Below, in pieces: positions 1-13,400 of a stretch of DNA of 64,000 nt. This DNA is from Dictyostelium discoideum (lineage: Eukaryota). The first letter of the stretch is position 1; each line of letters begins with the position of its first letter. The notes below the pieces were generated by a model that was given only the letters and a program-made list of their open reading frames with translations, ran no database searches and was not told where the DNA came from. The stretch is taken from assembly GCA_000004695.1 (NCBI GenBank), contig CM000151.3, positions 1,984,001 through 2,048,000 on the forward strand, read 5' to 3'. The position numbers and the translations under genes are program-made.

Positions 1-1
1 C

Positions 2-1207
2 TCTAAAAAATCAAAATCAACCTCACACAAACTTTCAAAACTTTCAAAAAAACAAAGTGAAAGTGAAAGTGAAAGTAGTAGCAGTGAAAGTGAAAGTGAA
101 AGTGAAAAGAGTAGCAGTAGTGAAAGTGAAAGTGAAAGTGAAAGTGAAAATAGTAGCAGTAGTGAAAGTGAAAGTGAAAGTGAAAGTGAAAAAAACCAAG
201 ATAAAAAAAAGATAAATAAAAGTGATAGCGAAAGCGAAACTGATAGTGATAGCGAAAGCGAAGCTGACAGTGATAAAAAAAAAAAAGAAAGTGATAGTAG
301 TGATAGTAGTGATAGTGAAAGTAGTGACAGTGATAAAGAAACTGAAAATAAAGATAAAAATAAAACCAATAAAAAAGAAAGCAGTAGTAGTGATGAAAGT
401 GATAACAACTCATCTGCTGAAAGTTCAAGTGAGGAAGAAGAGGAAGATGAAGAGGAAGTAGATAAAGTTTTAATGGATATTGATACAAAAACTAAAAAAA
501 GTCAAAAGGGTCAAAAAGAAAATGAAGATGATGAAGAAGAAGAAGAAGGGGATATAATTAAAAGTACAAAAGATTTATTAAATTTATTAGTTAATAATAA
601 TAATAGTAGTATAACATCATCATTAAATTACCCAAATAAGAAAAGAATCTCAAAGAAAACTGAACAAGAAAAAGATTACTTTATTGACAAATCTTCAATT
701 CTCTCAACTAGATTATTATTATTATTAAGAAAAACTTTATCATTACAAACTGATAATAAATTCTCATTATCAACATTATTCAATCAGTTATCATTTAATC
801 AATCTTCCTCCTCTTCCTCCTCCACCTCAAACACAATTTCAACATACAGTGATTTAACACTTTGGAAAGATATTCAAAAAAATAATCAAAATATAATAAA
901 TCAAACTGATCAACAAATAAAACTAAATGATAAGAAATCAACAAATAAATCTGATGAAAACAATATAAACAATAATAATAATAATAATAATAATAAGATA
1001 AACAAAAGTTTTAGAGACTTTTATGTAGATAGAATGACAAATCAATTTGGTGATGATTTAGATAAATTAAGAGATGACCCATATTATAAAGATAGTATGT
1101 TAACTATGATTTTAGAAAGTATGGAATCTGGTATCGATTTATATACAACTCAAGATAAATTATTATTATTAAAATCAAATAATAATAATAAACAAACAAA
1201 TAAATAA
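2..1207 (+). CDS. 3' part of a gene for an acidic Ser/Glu/Asp-rich protein; the 5' end lies outside the window. (SE)n and (SD)n tracts, Asn-rich middle, conserved-looking C-terminus ...DRMTNQFGDDLDKLRDDPYYKDSMLTMILESMESGIDLY; possibly nucleolar or ribosome-biogenesis-like
   Basis: Frame 2 is open from position 2 to TAA at 1205-1207. The listed ORF 473..1207 is only the Met-initiated tail of it. Coding agtgaa hexamers translate as SESE. The overlapping minus-strand ORF 3..488 is the antisense artefact. Confidence 0.6.
   Translation, partial: SKKSKSTSHKLSKLSKKQSESESESSSSESESESEKSSSSESESESESENSSSSESESESESEKNQDKKKINKSDSESETDSDSESEADSDKKKKESDSSDSSDSESSDSDKETENKDKNKTNKKESSSSDESDNNSSAESSSEEEEEDEEEVDKVLMDIDTKTKKSQKGQKENEDDEEEEEGDIIKSTKDLLNLLVNNNNSSITSSLNYPNKKRISKKTEQEKDYFIDKSSILSTRLLLLLRKTLSLQTDNKFSLSTLFNQLSFNQSSSSSSSTSNTISTYSDLTLWKDIQKNNQNIINQTDQQIKLNDKKSTNKSDENNINNNNNNNNNKINKSFRDFYVDRMTNQFGDDLDKLRDDPYYKDSMLTMILESMESGIDLYTTQDKLLLLKSNNNNKQTNK
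56..206 (+). repeat. Imperfect tandem (AGTGAA)n / higher-order ~45-nt repeat encoding (Ser-Glu)n
   Basis: Repeated agtgaaagtgaaagtgaaagtagtagcagt units are seen directly in the sequence. Confidence 0.8.
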
Positions 1208-1269
1208 ATTATTATTTTTAATTTAATCTATTATTATTATTATTATTTTTTATTTTTTTATTTTTTTTT

Positions 1270-2069
1270 TTACAAATTTGTCCAAGTGGTAACTTTACTT
1301 TTAGTTTCAAATTTAACTAAAGAACCATTGGTTGGTCTTGAATCAGAGTTTGTTGACCATTCAAATAATTTTTCAGCGACTTCAGAGAGTGGTGTCCAAT
1401 CATCAAAGTTAGCATCAGACATGTATTTACGATTGGTTGGAGTATCTAATGTAACTGGTAAGATACCTAATGAAGTTGAACCGGCTGGGAGACCACCATT
1501 TTCACTTGCTAAATCTTTAATAATGTGATGAGTTGCTGCTTTGGTTGCACCATAGGCAATCATACCTGATGTTCTATTCAATGCTGCTGATGCACCTGTT
1601 AAAACGAATAAACCACCTTGATTTAAAAGTTTAGCTCCAATATGTGCTGATGCAAATGCTGAATATAAATTCATATCGATCATTCCTTTAACTGATTTTA
1701 AAAATTCATCACTTGATGCATTACCACCTGACCAACCACCTGCTGCACATACAAATGTATCAACTTTAATACCTTTTAGTTTTTTTATAAAAAAAAAAAA
1801 AATAATAAATAATAATAAATAATAATAATATTAGTATTTTTTTTTTTTTTTTTTTTTTTCAATAATATAAACTTACTTTTTGAATTGATTTTTTCAATTA
1901 CTGATTTAATTTCTTCTTCACCTGAATCTTTAATTGTAAAAGAATGATCAGCATTTGGATTTTCACGGAAATCAATTGAAATTGTATTCCAACTCTTTGA
2001 TTTAAAAAATTTAACAACTTCAGCACCTAAAGCACCTGATCCACCTAAAACTAATATATTTTTTGACAT
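1270..2069 (-). CDS. qdpr: Dihydropteridine reductase (QDPR/DHPR, SDR family), 2 exons: complement(join(1270..1772,1877..2069)), 231 aa
   Basis: MSKNILVLGGSGALGAEVV...(Rossmann GxGxxG) continues as ...VDTFVCAAGGWSGGNASS...MIAYGATKAATHHI...LPVTLDTPTNRK, collinear with human QDPR. Exon 1 ends ...AAAA|GTAAGT (phase 1). The 104-nt AT-rich intron ends ...AAAAG|GTATTAAAG. The joined frame continues without stops. Confidence 0.85.
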
Positions 2070-2848
2070 TTTTAAATTATTATTATTAAAATTATTTTAA
2101 AATAATGAAAAAAAAAAAAAAAAATTGGAATTATAAAAAAAAAAAATAAAAAAAAAAAAATTTGAAAAAAAAAAATAAAAAAAAAAACAAAATTTGAAGG
2201 GGTAGATGATCACTCCAGAATCAAAAAAAAATTAAAATATTTCAATTCCATTCCAGAAATTATTTTTAGAAATTTCAATTTGTTTAAAAAAATACACACG
2301 AACGAATTCATTTATAGATTTTTTAAAAACCAAAAAAGGTTCTCATTTTGAAAATTGGAAAAAAAAAAATAAAAAAAAAAAAAAAAAAAAAAATTCTAAT
2401 TTTATTTTATTTTATTTATTTATTTATTTTATTTTATTTCATTAGATTATATATTGTATATGTATTTTTTTTTTTTTTTCTTTTGAAATGAAATAGAGAT
2501 AAATTATTTAATTTATTTTTTTATTTTTTTTATTTTTTATTTTTTTTATTTATTTTTATATAAAAATTAAAATTTCATAAGAAATTAACCCATAATTATT
2601 TCAATTAACTTTTAAAAAAAAGTCAGTACATACATGGTTTTTTTTTTTATTTTATTTAATTTAATTTTTTTTTATTTCATTTTTTTTTTTTTTTTTTTTT
2701 TAATTTTTTTTTTTTTCTTTTTATTTTATTTTATTTTATTTTTTATTTTTTTTTTTTATTTTTTTTTTTTAATTAATACTAAATTTAAATAATTATAAAA
2801 TTAAATATATAAAATTACAATAGAAAATAAAAATAATAATAATTAATA

Positions 2849-3547
2849 ATGAATGAAAATGAAGGAATAATAATAGAAAATATTAATAATGATAGTGGTA
2901 GTACATATTTAATGAATATATTAGGTATATTAATACCAATAAAGATAGTTGTTACAATTTATTTATTTTCAAAAGCAAGATTACCAGTTGGATTTGCAAG
3001 ATATTTTGGTAGGTTATATCATTTTATGACCAACCCAATAAGATTAGGATTACAAATTGCAGGTCTTAGAGGACCTTTCATAAGTCAATTGGATGATAAC
3101 GTTTATTTGGGTGCAATGCCAATGGGATCAGATGTAACATTACTATTTTACAAATATAAAATCAATTCAATCGTTAATCTTTGTGATGAATATCAAGGAC
3201 CAACTCAACATTACACTCAATATGGTATGCAACAATTGTATGTGCCAGTGGTTGATCATTTCGAACCAGATGTTGAAATCATTGAGAAATCAATTCAATT
3301 CATTTTAAAACAAATCGAATTAGGAAATCGTGTTTATATTCATTGTAAAGCTGGTAGAGGTCGTTCAGGTGCAATCGCAATCTGTTGGATAGCTTACTCA
3401 AGACGTGTTTCATTAGAAGTTGCTCAAAAAATTTTATTAGAAAAAAGAAAAATAGTTAGAAAACAATTATATAAACAAAAAAATGTTAATCAATATTATT
3501 CATCTTATTGTTTAAATAGTAATATTAATTCAACAACATCAATTTAA
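2849..3547 (+). CDS. plip: PTPMT1/PLIP-type dual-specificity (phosphatidylglycerophosphate/PTEN-like) phosphatase, single exon, 232 aa
   Basis: CX5R P-loop [16 protein letters not shown]. The flanking sequence is collinear with PTPMT1 ([11 protein letters not shown]..., ...[14 protein letters not shown]). The symbol is a guess from the described Dictyostelium Plip. Confidence 0.75.
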
Positions 3548-3713
3548 AAAATAAAAAAAAATTCAAAAAAATTCAGTAATAATAAACAAAACTAAAAAAA
3601 GCGAGAGAAATAGATTTTTCATTTAAAATAAAAAAAAAACAATTTTATTTTTTTAATTTTTTTTTATTTTTTTTATTTTTTTTTATTTTTTTTTTATTGA
3701 AAAAACAATAATT

Positions 3714-3753
<40 letters not shown>

Positions 3754-3847
3754 ATACAACCACATTATCGATAAAGGGATTTATTTGTTTTTTTTTTTTT
3801 TTTGTCTTTTTTTTTTTTTCTTCTATTTAATTATTCAATAAAAAAAA

Positions 3848-4067
3848 ATGAATAAAAATCAAAATGATTGGAAAGTTGAATTAAGAAAAGCAACAAGATC
3901 AAGTTTAATTAGTATAACCAATGAAACAGATTTTCAATTACAAAGAATATCATGTAAATTACAACAGGGAATGTTAAGATTAATCCCACCAGGTATGTTA
4001 ACAAGTTTAATTATTTTATGTTTTTCCCCCCCTACAAGTGGTGTGATTGTTGACATTTTATTTTGTG

Positions 4068-4103
<36 letters not shown>

Positions 4104-7100
4104 ATTATACCACCAAAATCAAGCATAGAATTTGGAACAGAAAGTAATGCATTTATGACAGGTACAAAAGGATCAGTAATTTATATAGTATTACCACCAT
4201 CAAGTTCACCGATTAATGTTGGATCAATTCAATCATTAACTCATTTACAATCATTAAAACTTTGGGATCCATTAGTTTATATTATAATTGAATGGTCAAC
4301 ACCATATTGGTCACAACATAGTTGTAGTATTCAAGTACAACCACAACAAAATTCATCATTATTAAATGTTAAATCAAATTTATCACAAAGAGAAATTAAT
4401 AAACAAATTCATTCAGAAGTTTTAATGTTTATACATAATAATGATAGTAATGGTGAAATTCAATTTAAAATTTATAAAAATTCATTATCAAATAGTGGTA
4501 ATGGTAGTAGTGGTGGTAATAATAATAATAATAATAATAGTTTAAATAATAGTAATAATAGTATAGGTAGCAGTGGTGGTAATGGTGGTGGTGGTAGTAA
4601 TGGTTCATCACCAAGTATGTCACCACAATTTACATCAATTTCAAAAACAAATTCACCACAAATTATTAATACAAGTAGTAATAATTTAAATAGTAGTAGT
4701 GGTAATAATAATAAACCAATATTTTCAATTGTAGATAATGATTATACATCATCACAATCAACATCATCAATACCAGTAGTTGCAGGTATAAATAGTAATA
4801 GTAATAGTAATACTAGTGGTAGTGGTAGTACAAGTATATCATCACCAAATTCATCATTTTCATCAAGTTTACCATCATTTTTTTCAAATAATTTCCCATT
4901 ACCATGGTCAAATGATGGATTTGGAGTTGATGGTGGTTGGAAAGCAAATGTAAAGAGAGGATCACGTGGTCAATTTATAACGATTCGTAATAATACAAGT
5001 AAACATTTAATAAGAAGGAATCAAACATGTTTAAATAGTGGAAGATGGTGTGAACCACCACCAGAGGGTATACCACCCAATTCTATGATTGAATTTGGTT
5101 CGGTTAGTAGTGGTTTCACTACGGGTACTGATGGTGTAATTCATTATCATAGTCAAGGTTCGAAATCTGATTTTAGATTTCAATTTAATAATCCATTAAT
5201 GGGTAAATCATCATTCACCTATCATTGTCCAAATGGTTTCAATGTTGAAGAGAAATATACTGATGGTAATATCTCATCAGTATCATTCACAATTAATGAA
5301 GGTGATAGTCAAACAATTCCAAAACAAATACCTGATTCACCATTACCAATACCACCAATTAAAACTGATCCAAAACAAGTTTTCATAAATGATGATTCAA
5401 TTAGAATATTTTCATTTAATGTTGGTTCAATAAATGTTAAAGAAAGTGGTAAAGAATTAATGAATATTAATAATAATAATAATAACAATAATAGCAATAA
5501 TAATAATAATAATAATGATCAAAATAAAGATAAAGATAATCAAATGTTAAATAATTCAAATTTAATTAATAAAAGAATTGAACAAATTTCAAAGAATTTA
5601 ATTAATTTTTCAGAGAAATATGATATAATATTATTACAAGAAGTATTTTTAGATTCATCAAAAGATATTTTAATAAAGAATTTAAAGATTTATTATCCTT
5701 ATATTATTGATAGATGTGGTGAAAATTCGGGATTATTCTTTGCAAGTAGATTCCCACCACTATGGAATGAATTTAGACAATTTAATAATGGTATTGGATC
5801 TGATGTAAAATATGGTAAAGGTGTACAAGGTGTGAAATTGGATATATCAACCATTAAAGAGAATACTTATCTTTACGTTTTCAATGCAAATTTACAAGCT
5901 AATCCTGATAACTCAATCGCTTGGCAAATGGTGAATGGTGATGATAAGCAAAGGAAAGCAGCAACAGTGCGTACATTACAATTACAATCGATTCGTGATT
6001 TCATTTCAACGGAATTGGCAATGCAATCTTCAACCATTGCAAACTCTGCTCTATTATTAGTTGGTGATTTCAATTTAAATGCAGAGGTTGAGCAAGTCAT
6101 TTCCGATCATGAGAGTAATAGTATCACTCTCTCACAAATCATACCAGAGTTGGCAAAGAAAATCAATAGTAAAGAGATCACCCTAACTTTTAGTTACCAA
6201 TTGTTAGAGTATTTAAATGATTTAAATATTCCAATGAGATATTTAGGCATTCTAAGATCACAATTACAAAATAATCGTATGAAATCTTTGGTACTCACTG
6301 AAATGATCACCTATATCATCAAGAAGGATATCATTGAACATTTAACTCAACGTCATAATCAATATCAGTCAAATATTAATGAAGATGAACAAATCTATAG
6401 AGAGGTGGTATTGGAGACTTTTAATTTAATATTTCATTATACTAGAAAGGATTGTATTCAATTTTGGCGTCATCATCTTAGAAAGAGATTAAGATCCGAG
6501 TTTAGTTCATCCCTATCGGAAATTGAACAACAAGATTGGGTGGATTTAAGAACTCATGTAATTAATCTTCAACTATTTACAAGTTTAAAATATTCTTTAG
6601 AGATCACTTTTAATCCAAAAGCTGTTTTCCAAATTATGAAAGGTTCAAGAATAAATACAAAAGAAATCATACCCATACCATTGATTTTACCTGAACAAAT
6701 CGAAGAAATCATTTTACCACCATTAACTTCTTATTGGGGTTCAGATTCAAATACTGATATAAATTATTTTACAAATATTGATCATTTAAAAGAACAACAA
6801 AAAAAACAAGCTCAATTACAACAATTACAACAACAACAAGCTCAACAACAACAACAAGCTCAACAACAAACCCAACAACAACAAAATTCAAATATAAATA
6901 TAATTAATACAATAGAATCATCACAAATTCAACAAAATAATAATATACAAATTTATTTGAAACAAACTGATGAATATAATAATATGTTAAAGATATTAGG
7001 TAATCCTGTTGATTTATTTAGAGAGTCTAATCCATTTTCACCAGGTTATACAATTCATCAATCTTTAAATCAACGTGTTGAAAAACCTTCACTCAAAGAA

Positions 7101-7280
7101 CGTGTAGATTATATATTAAACTTTAAATTATCTCCAAATTTTGGTGATCATGAAGGTAGAAATCAATTATTAAAATTGGAATGTACTGAAACTAATATAG
7201 TTCCAATGGGTGCAACTCCTCAAACTAGATTATCAAATCATTTTGCATTAGAATGTATATTACATATTAAAAAGAAATAA
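3848..7280 (+). CDS. Endonuclease/exonuclease/phosphatase (EEP) superfamily protein, neutral-sphingomyelinase-like, with a long low-complexity N-terminus; join(3848..3992,4102..7280), about 1108 aa
   Basis: Exon 1 ends ...CCAG|GTATGT. The 109-nt intron is poly-A rich and ends AAAAG|AG, preserving the frame (G+AG=Glu). EEP motifs present: SFNVGS, DIILLQEVF, LLVGDFNLN, and a C-terminal RLSNHFALECIL. Poly-N, poly-Q and Gly/Ser tracts. Confidence 0.7.
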
Positions 7281-8057
7281 AGAAAAAAAAAAAACAAATA
7301 AATAAAAAACACAAATAAAAATTTATTATTTTATATATAAATAATAATTATTACTTTATTTTAAATAATTATTTAAAGAAATAAAAAATAAAAAAGTAAA
7401 TTTTAATCATTTATTTTAATAATAAATATTATTATTATTATTATTATTATCATTTTTTTTTTAATTGACTCTCCTTTCTGTATTTTTCATACTTTAATTA
7501 AAAACACTTTTTTTTTTTTTTTTTTTTTTTTTTTGTTGGTGGGACATGTGTTATTTCTATTTTTATATTAACACATTGGTTTTTTTTTTTTTATTATTTT
7601 TTTTTTTTTTTTCTATTTTTATTTTTATTTTTTATTTTATTTTTATTTTTATTTTATTTTTTTTATTTTTTTTTTTTTTTTTGTAATCTGTTGGATAGAT
7701 ACATAATAAATCTATCACATAAAATTTTTATTATTTATTTTAAACAAATTAAAATTAAAATTAAAATAAAAAGACAATATATATGAAATCAAAAAAAAAA
7801 AAAAAAATAAAATAAAAATATAAATAAAAAAAAAAAAAAAAAAAAAAAGGAAATAAAAAGAAGAAAAATATTAATATCCTTTTAATTGTTGAAACTATAA
7901 TTATAGTTAATATTTATTGATAGTTAAATTGTAATAGTAAATTGTGTAACATAAATTCTTAATTAATTAAAACAATAAAAATAATTAAAAATAATTAAAA
8001 TAATAATAATAATAAAATAAAAATAATAGTAAATATAATAATTTTATAAAAAATAAA

Positions 8058-8121
8058 ATGCCTCGATATTTTTATATATTTAATGAAACAACTTATGATA
8101 TGGATCTTAAATTAGCATGTA

Positions 8122-8164
<43 letters not shown>

Positions 8165-8456
8165 TATTTTTTATTATTTTTTTTTAATTAAAAGATAAAT
8201 AAATAACAAATAATTTAAAATTTTTGATATAGATGTAAGCTTTAAAGACCCATTTTCAAAAATTAGAATATCATTTTGTATTTTATTTTTTATTATATCA
8301 TTTGCAAGTTTATATTTTGGTAAAAGATCATATGATATTAGAAAAAAACCGACCTTTTTTACAGTTATAGCTATAATAGATTCAATAAGTTCTGCTTGTA
8401 TGTTTATTTATTTATTTATTTTTTATTTTTAAAAAATTTTTTTACATCATTATTAA

Positions 8457-8491
<35 letters not shown>

Positions 8492-9555
8492 ATAGTAAAG
8501 GTATTAGTTTTAGGAACCGAATTTATTAAACCAACTTCATTTATACAAATTGGAATTTCATCATTTATTTTTAATTTTAATTATATTTTGGTTCATATAT
8601 CAGTATCAGCTTTGGTATTTTATTGGTTTTATTTTTATTTCTATTTATTATTTTTTTGTTTTTTTGATAAAAAAACAAAATTTAATTTATACTTTTTTTT
8701 ATTTTTATTTTTTATTTAGGATTCATAAATATCATGATCATATAAAAAAACAATCAAAGAGTTGGTCATCAATGTTTATATGTGTAATATTTTTAATGTT
8801 TAATACATTTGGAATTTTAGTTTGTTTTGTTTATGCATATTGTGAAGCAAATAGGTTATGTGATTCTCAATTTTATAGGTCAACAACATATATAGTAAAT
8901 ATAATTTACTTTTTAGCTGATGTTTGTTATGCAGGTTCACTATTTGTTTATGGTTTTTTAATTGGTAAAAATCATAAAAAATCAATGGGTGTATGTATAA
9001 TAATTTTTATTATTTTTATTATTAAATTATAATTATTATAATTTTTATTTTTACATATTAATATTTTTTTTTTAAAAAAATTAAACAAAATAGATATTAG
9101 TTTGTTCAATTGCATTAGGAGTTACATTTTTATATAATGCAGTTGAATTATTTACAACAGCATTTATATCATCATTAAATGAAGTTCAATCAATGTTATT
9201 CGATATAACTGATTTATTAAATATAATTATTATTTATTTATGTGTGATTGGAATTGTTCATTTTGATACAGAAGTAAAAGTTAGATATTTAAAAAAATTG
9301 GAAGTTCCAAATCCTGACAAAGAAGAAAATATCAGTAATTCTCATTATATTCAAAATATAAATAAAATTACAAATGGTGATTTCAATTATAATAATAATA
9401 ATAATAATATTAATAATAATAATAATAACAATTTACATCGTCATCAAAATCATACTGGTGGTGCTGGAGGTATATCACCAATCTCAATTTTTAATAATGG
9501 TAATAATAATAATATTAATAATAATAATAATAATAATGGGAAAACTGCCATTTAA
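8058..9555 (+). CDS. Multi-pass transmembrane protein of unknown family, at least 5 exons. Confident exons: 8058..8118, 8233..8397, 8720..8990, 9094..9555. A probable exon 3 starts at 8496; its 3' junction is unresolved
   Basis: ATG 8058 MPRYFYIFNETTYDMDLKLA|GTAAGA; acceptor ATAG|8233 gives YVSFKDPFSKIRISFCILFF...DSISSA|GTATGT (8398). Frame-2 segment 8496.. (LKVLVLGTEFIKPTSFIQIGISS...) is residue-diverse. Good acceptor TTTATTTAG|8720 leads to ...KKSMG|GTATGT (8991). Acceptor AAAATAG|9094 leads to ILVCSIALGV...FDTEVKVRYL...NGKTAI*. No canonical GT donor links the 8496-frame to 8720 in phase. Confidence 0.45.
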
Positions 9556-9620
9556 TAAACAGTTTATAAAAAGTTTAAAAGAATTATATTTTTTTTAATT
9601 TTTTTATTTTTAATTTTTAA

Positions 9621-9651
<31 letters not shown>

Positions 9652-9874
9652 AACTAGGATATTATTTGTTTGAAAATTAAAAAAATTAAATCTATAATAA
9701 TAATAATAAAAAAAAAAATAAAAAAAAAAAAATTTAATTGGTGTTTTGCAGGAATTGCATGTGTGAGGTCTTGTTTAACTATGACTTTTTAATTTTTTAA
9801 TTGAATCTATTTTTTTTTTATTATTAATAATTTTTTTTTTTTTTTTTTTTTATTTTTGGAAAAGGAAAGTTTAA

Positions 9875-9918
<44 letters not shown>

Positions 9919-10415
9919 TTTTTTATTTTTTTATTTTTTTTTTTATCGATTTGTTTTATTTTTATAACTTCTTCAAACTTAAAGAAATCAAATTCATATA
10001 AAACAAACCTTTTTATTTAAGATTTCAAAGATTTTAAAAAATTTTCAGTCAAAAAGTTTGTTTTTTGGGGGTCAGATTTTTTTAATTTTAAAGGTTTATA
10101 AATATTTTTAAAATCAAATAATTTTCACCCTAATATTCCATAATGTAGCCTACTTTTTCATTTTAATAAGATAAATGAAACCCGTTCATTGATATTATGT
10201 ACCCTATTTTAATAGATTGCTTATAAAAAAAAAAGTATAAATAAAAATCAAAAAAAAAAAATTTTATTCATTAACAACAATAAAAAAAAAAAATATATAT
10301 ATATAGTTTATTTAATTTATTTAATTTAAACAAAAATAATCTCTCTCTCTTTCTTTATAAATTTATTAATATTTTAATTATTTTTTTTAAAAAAAAAAAA
10401 ATAAAAAAAAAAATT

Positions 10416-13400
10416 ATGGAAAACTTTAAATATAGAAATAATGAAAATGATGTTGCAATTATTGGTATTGGATTTAGATTACCAGGTTGTAAAAATTTTA
10501 CACCAAATGAATTATGGAATAATTTAAAAAATGGATTTAATGGAGTGGTTGAATTAAGTAATAGATGGAGTGACAATTTCTATACAATGGGTAAAGTTAG
10601 TAGTGCATATGCTGGTTTATTACCATTTGACGAACTAAAATCGTTTGATCCATTATTTTTCGGTATTAATCCAACAGAAGTGCCAACAATTGACCCACAA
10701 CAAAGAATATTATTAAAATGTACATGGGAAGCATTTGAAGATGCTGGAATTGATCCAATTAAAATCCGTGGTTCAAATACATCGGTTTTCATTGGTACCT
10801 CAACTAATGATTATCAAAGAATCATTAGAGAAAAAGATCAAACAATTACAAATGCATTTGGTACATCTTTACATGCTACATCAAATCGTATTTCATACTG
10901 TTTTGATTTTCGTGGTCCATCAATGACTCTTGATACTGCTTGTTCTTCCTCTTTAAATTGTGTAAAATTAGGTTATCAATCAATTAGAGATGGTACTTCA
11001 AATTTATCAATTGCTGGTGGTGTAAATTTAATTATTGGTAAATTATTATTTTAATAATTAATTAATTATTATTATTGTTATTTTAAATTAATTTTTTTTT
11101 TTTTTTCTTTTTAGATCCATACTTTACTGCTAGTATTTCCGATTTAAATATTCTTAGCAAAACTGGTTCATGTAAAACATTTGATGCAAGTGCAGATGGA
11201 TTTGCACGTGCTGAAGGGTCTGGTATAATTGTTATGAAGAATTTGAAACAAGCAATGATTGATGGTGATAAGATTTATTGTGTAATTAAAGGTGCTAGTT
11301 CAAATGTAGATGGTGGTGGTTTACAAGATAAATCCAATTTTTATGCACCATCATCTTTATCACAATGCAATAATATTAAGATGGCATTAAAATCAACTAA
11401 TGGTACTGTTGAACCAAAAGATATTTCATATTTTGAATGTCATGGTACTGGTACACCAACTGGAGATCCAATTGAAACTAGAGGTATTTCAATGGTTTTT
11501 AATGATGAAAGTCGTTCAAAAGAAAATCCATTATTAATTGGTTCAATTAAATCAAATATTGGCCATTTAGAAGCTGGTTCTGGTATTGCTTCATTAATTA
11601 AATGTTGTTTAATGTTTAAAAATAAATGTTTTGCTCCAAACATTAATTTTAAAGTACCCAATCCTAAAATTAAATTTGAAGAATGGAATTTAAAAGTTGT
11701 AACTGAACCAATTCAATTCACAAAATCAAATACTTGTATTGGGTTAAGTAATTTTGGTGTAACTGGTTCAAATTGTTGTTTAATTTTATCACAATTTAAC
11801 AATAATAATAATGATAATCAAATTGTTGGAAATAATAATAATATCAAATCAAATAAAGAATATCTAATACCATTCTCATCAAATTCTGTTAAATCATTAG
11901 AAAACTATCAACAATTGTTAATTAAAAATGGTGAAAATGAATTTAAATTTTTAGAATTTATTAAACATCAAATTTTTACTAAACCAACCTCACTTTATCA
12001 ACGTTCTGTAGTTATTGCATCAAGTTGGGATCAATTTAATAATGCCAAGATAATGAAAACATCAAATTCAAAATCATCAAATATTTCAATTGAAAGAAAT
12101 AATCCAATAACTGTATTTGTATTTTGTGGTCAAGGTTCACAATATGATAGAATGGGTTTGGAATTATATAATAATGATTTTATTTTTAAAGAATCAATGG
12201 ATTTATTGGATAATAAATTATCAAAATATTATGGTTATTCAGTTTTAGAGAAATTAAGAAATTGTGATTCAAAATCAATTCAGCATCCAATGATTGCTCA
12301 ACCTGTAATGTGTATGTTTAATATATCATTATTTGAATTGTATAAACATTGGGGTATAGAAGTATCATTTATAATTGGCCATAGTTTAGGTGAAATTCCA
12401 GCAGCATATTGTTCAGGTATGATTAATATAGATACTTTATGTTATTTAATTTATCATAGATCAATCGCACAAACTAAAACCCATACCAATGGAAGAATGT
12501 TATCAATTAATATCAGTGCAGATGAATACTTTTCACAATATTCTAAACAATATCCAGATATTGAAATTGCATGTTTCAATTCACCAACTTCAATAGTCAT
12601 TGCCGGTAATGAACAAAAATTAAACGAAATTTCTGAAATTCTAAAAGAAAAAGGTATATTTTCAGCAATGTTGGCTTCACTATCATCATTCCATACAAGT
12701 AGCCAAAATAAAGTAAAAGAGGATATTGTAAATAAACAATTTGATTCTAAACAATCTGAAATTCCAATATTTTCTACAGTTACAACAAATTTATTCGATT
12801 CAGTAACATCACCATTCAACTCTAGTTATGTATTTAATAATATAGTTTCTCCAGTTAAATTTTCACAAACAATTTCAAATTTATATAAACATATAGAATC
12901 AAATCAATTAGGAAATGATATCGTTTTCATTGAATTGGCTCCACATCCAACATTACAATTTTATTTAAAACAAATGATACCAAAACCAACTAATGATGAT
13001 AATTCAATTGAATTTAAAGTTTCAGTTTATTCAGCACTTAATAAGAAAAACAATGATATTGAAGAAATTCAAAGAACCATCTCACAATTATATTGTGATA
13101 ATGGCTATAATGTTAATTTTAAATGTCAATTCCAACATGATGATACCCATGGATCCATCAATTCAAATATCAATCAATTATCTAATATTAGTTTACCACA
13201 TTATCAATGGGATGATGAAAAATATTGGAAAGAAGATCCAAGTATTTCCAAACTTATTGTAAATGGTCCACAAACTGATAATTTAGGTTATTTAAATGAA
13301 AATTCACCAAATTCCAAATCATATGAAACATTTATAGATATTAAGAGACCACCATTCCAATATTTAAAAGGTCATATGGTAAAAGGAAAATACTATTTCC

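Noticed and set aside
222-461. + strand ORF MIAKAKLIVIAKAKL...
   Set aside because: It is an alternate frame of the same repeat region. The continuous frame-2 ORF running from position 2 to 1207 is the real one.
3-488. 161-aa minus-strand ORF rich in His/Phe/Tyr (HFHFHFHF...)
   Set aside because: It is the antisense reading of the (AGTGAA)n Ser-Glu repeat of the + strand gene. It is compositionally absurd and has no start context.
8550-9032. 160-aa ORF MEFHHLFLILIIFWF... (TTG start)
   Set aside because: Only the part from 8720 to 8990 is exon. The 5' part is intron read-through, and the 3' part runs past the GTATGT donor at 8991.
11038-11114. Possibility that the KS-domain break at 11038 is a frameshift or pseudogene rather than an intron
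   Set aside because: GTAAAT...TTTTAG boundaries, 77-nt length, AT-richness and exact restoration of the conserved GGVNLII-DPYF...GSCKTFD KS sequence all indicate a genuine intron.
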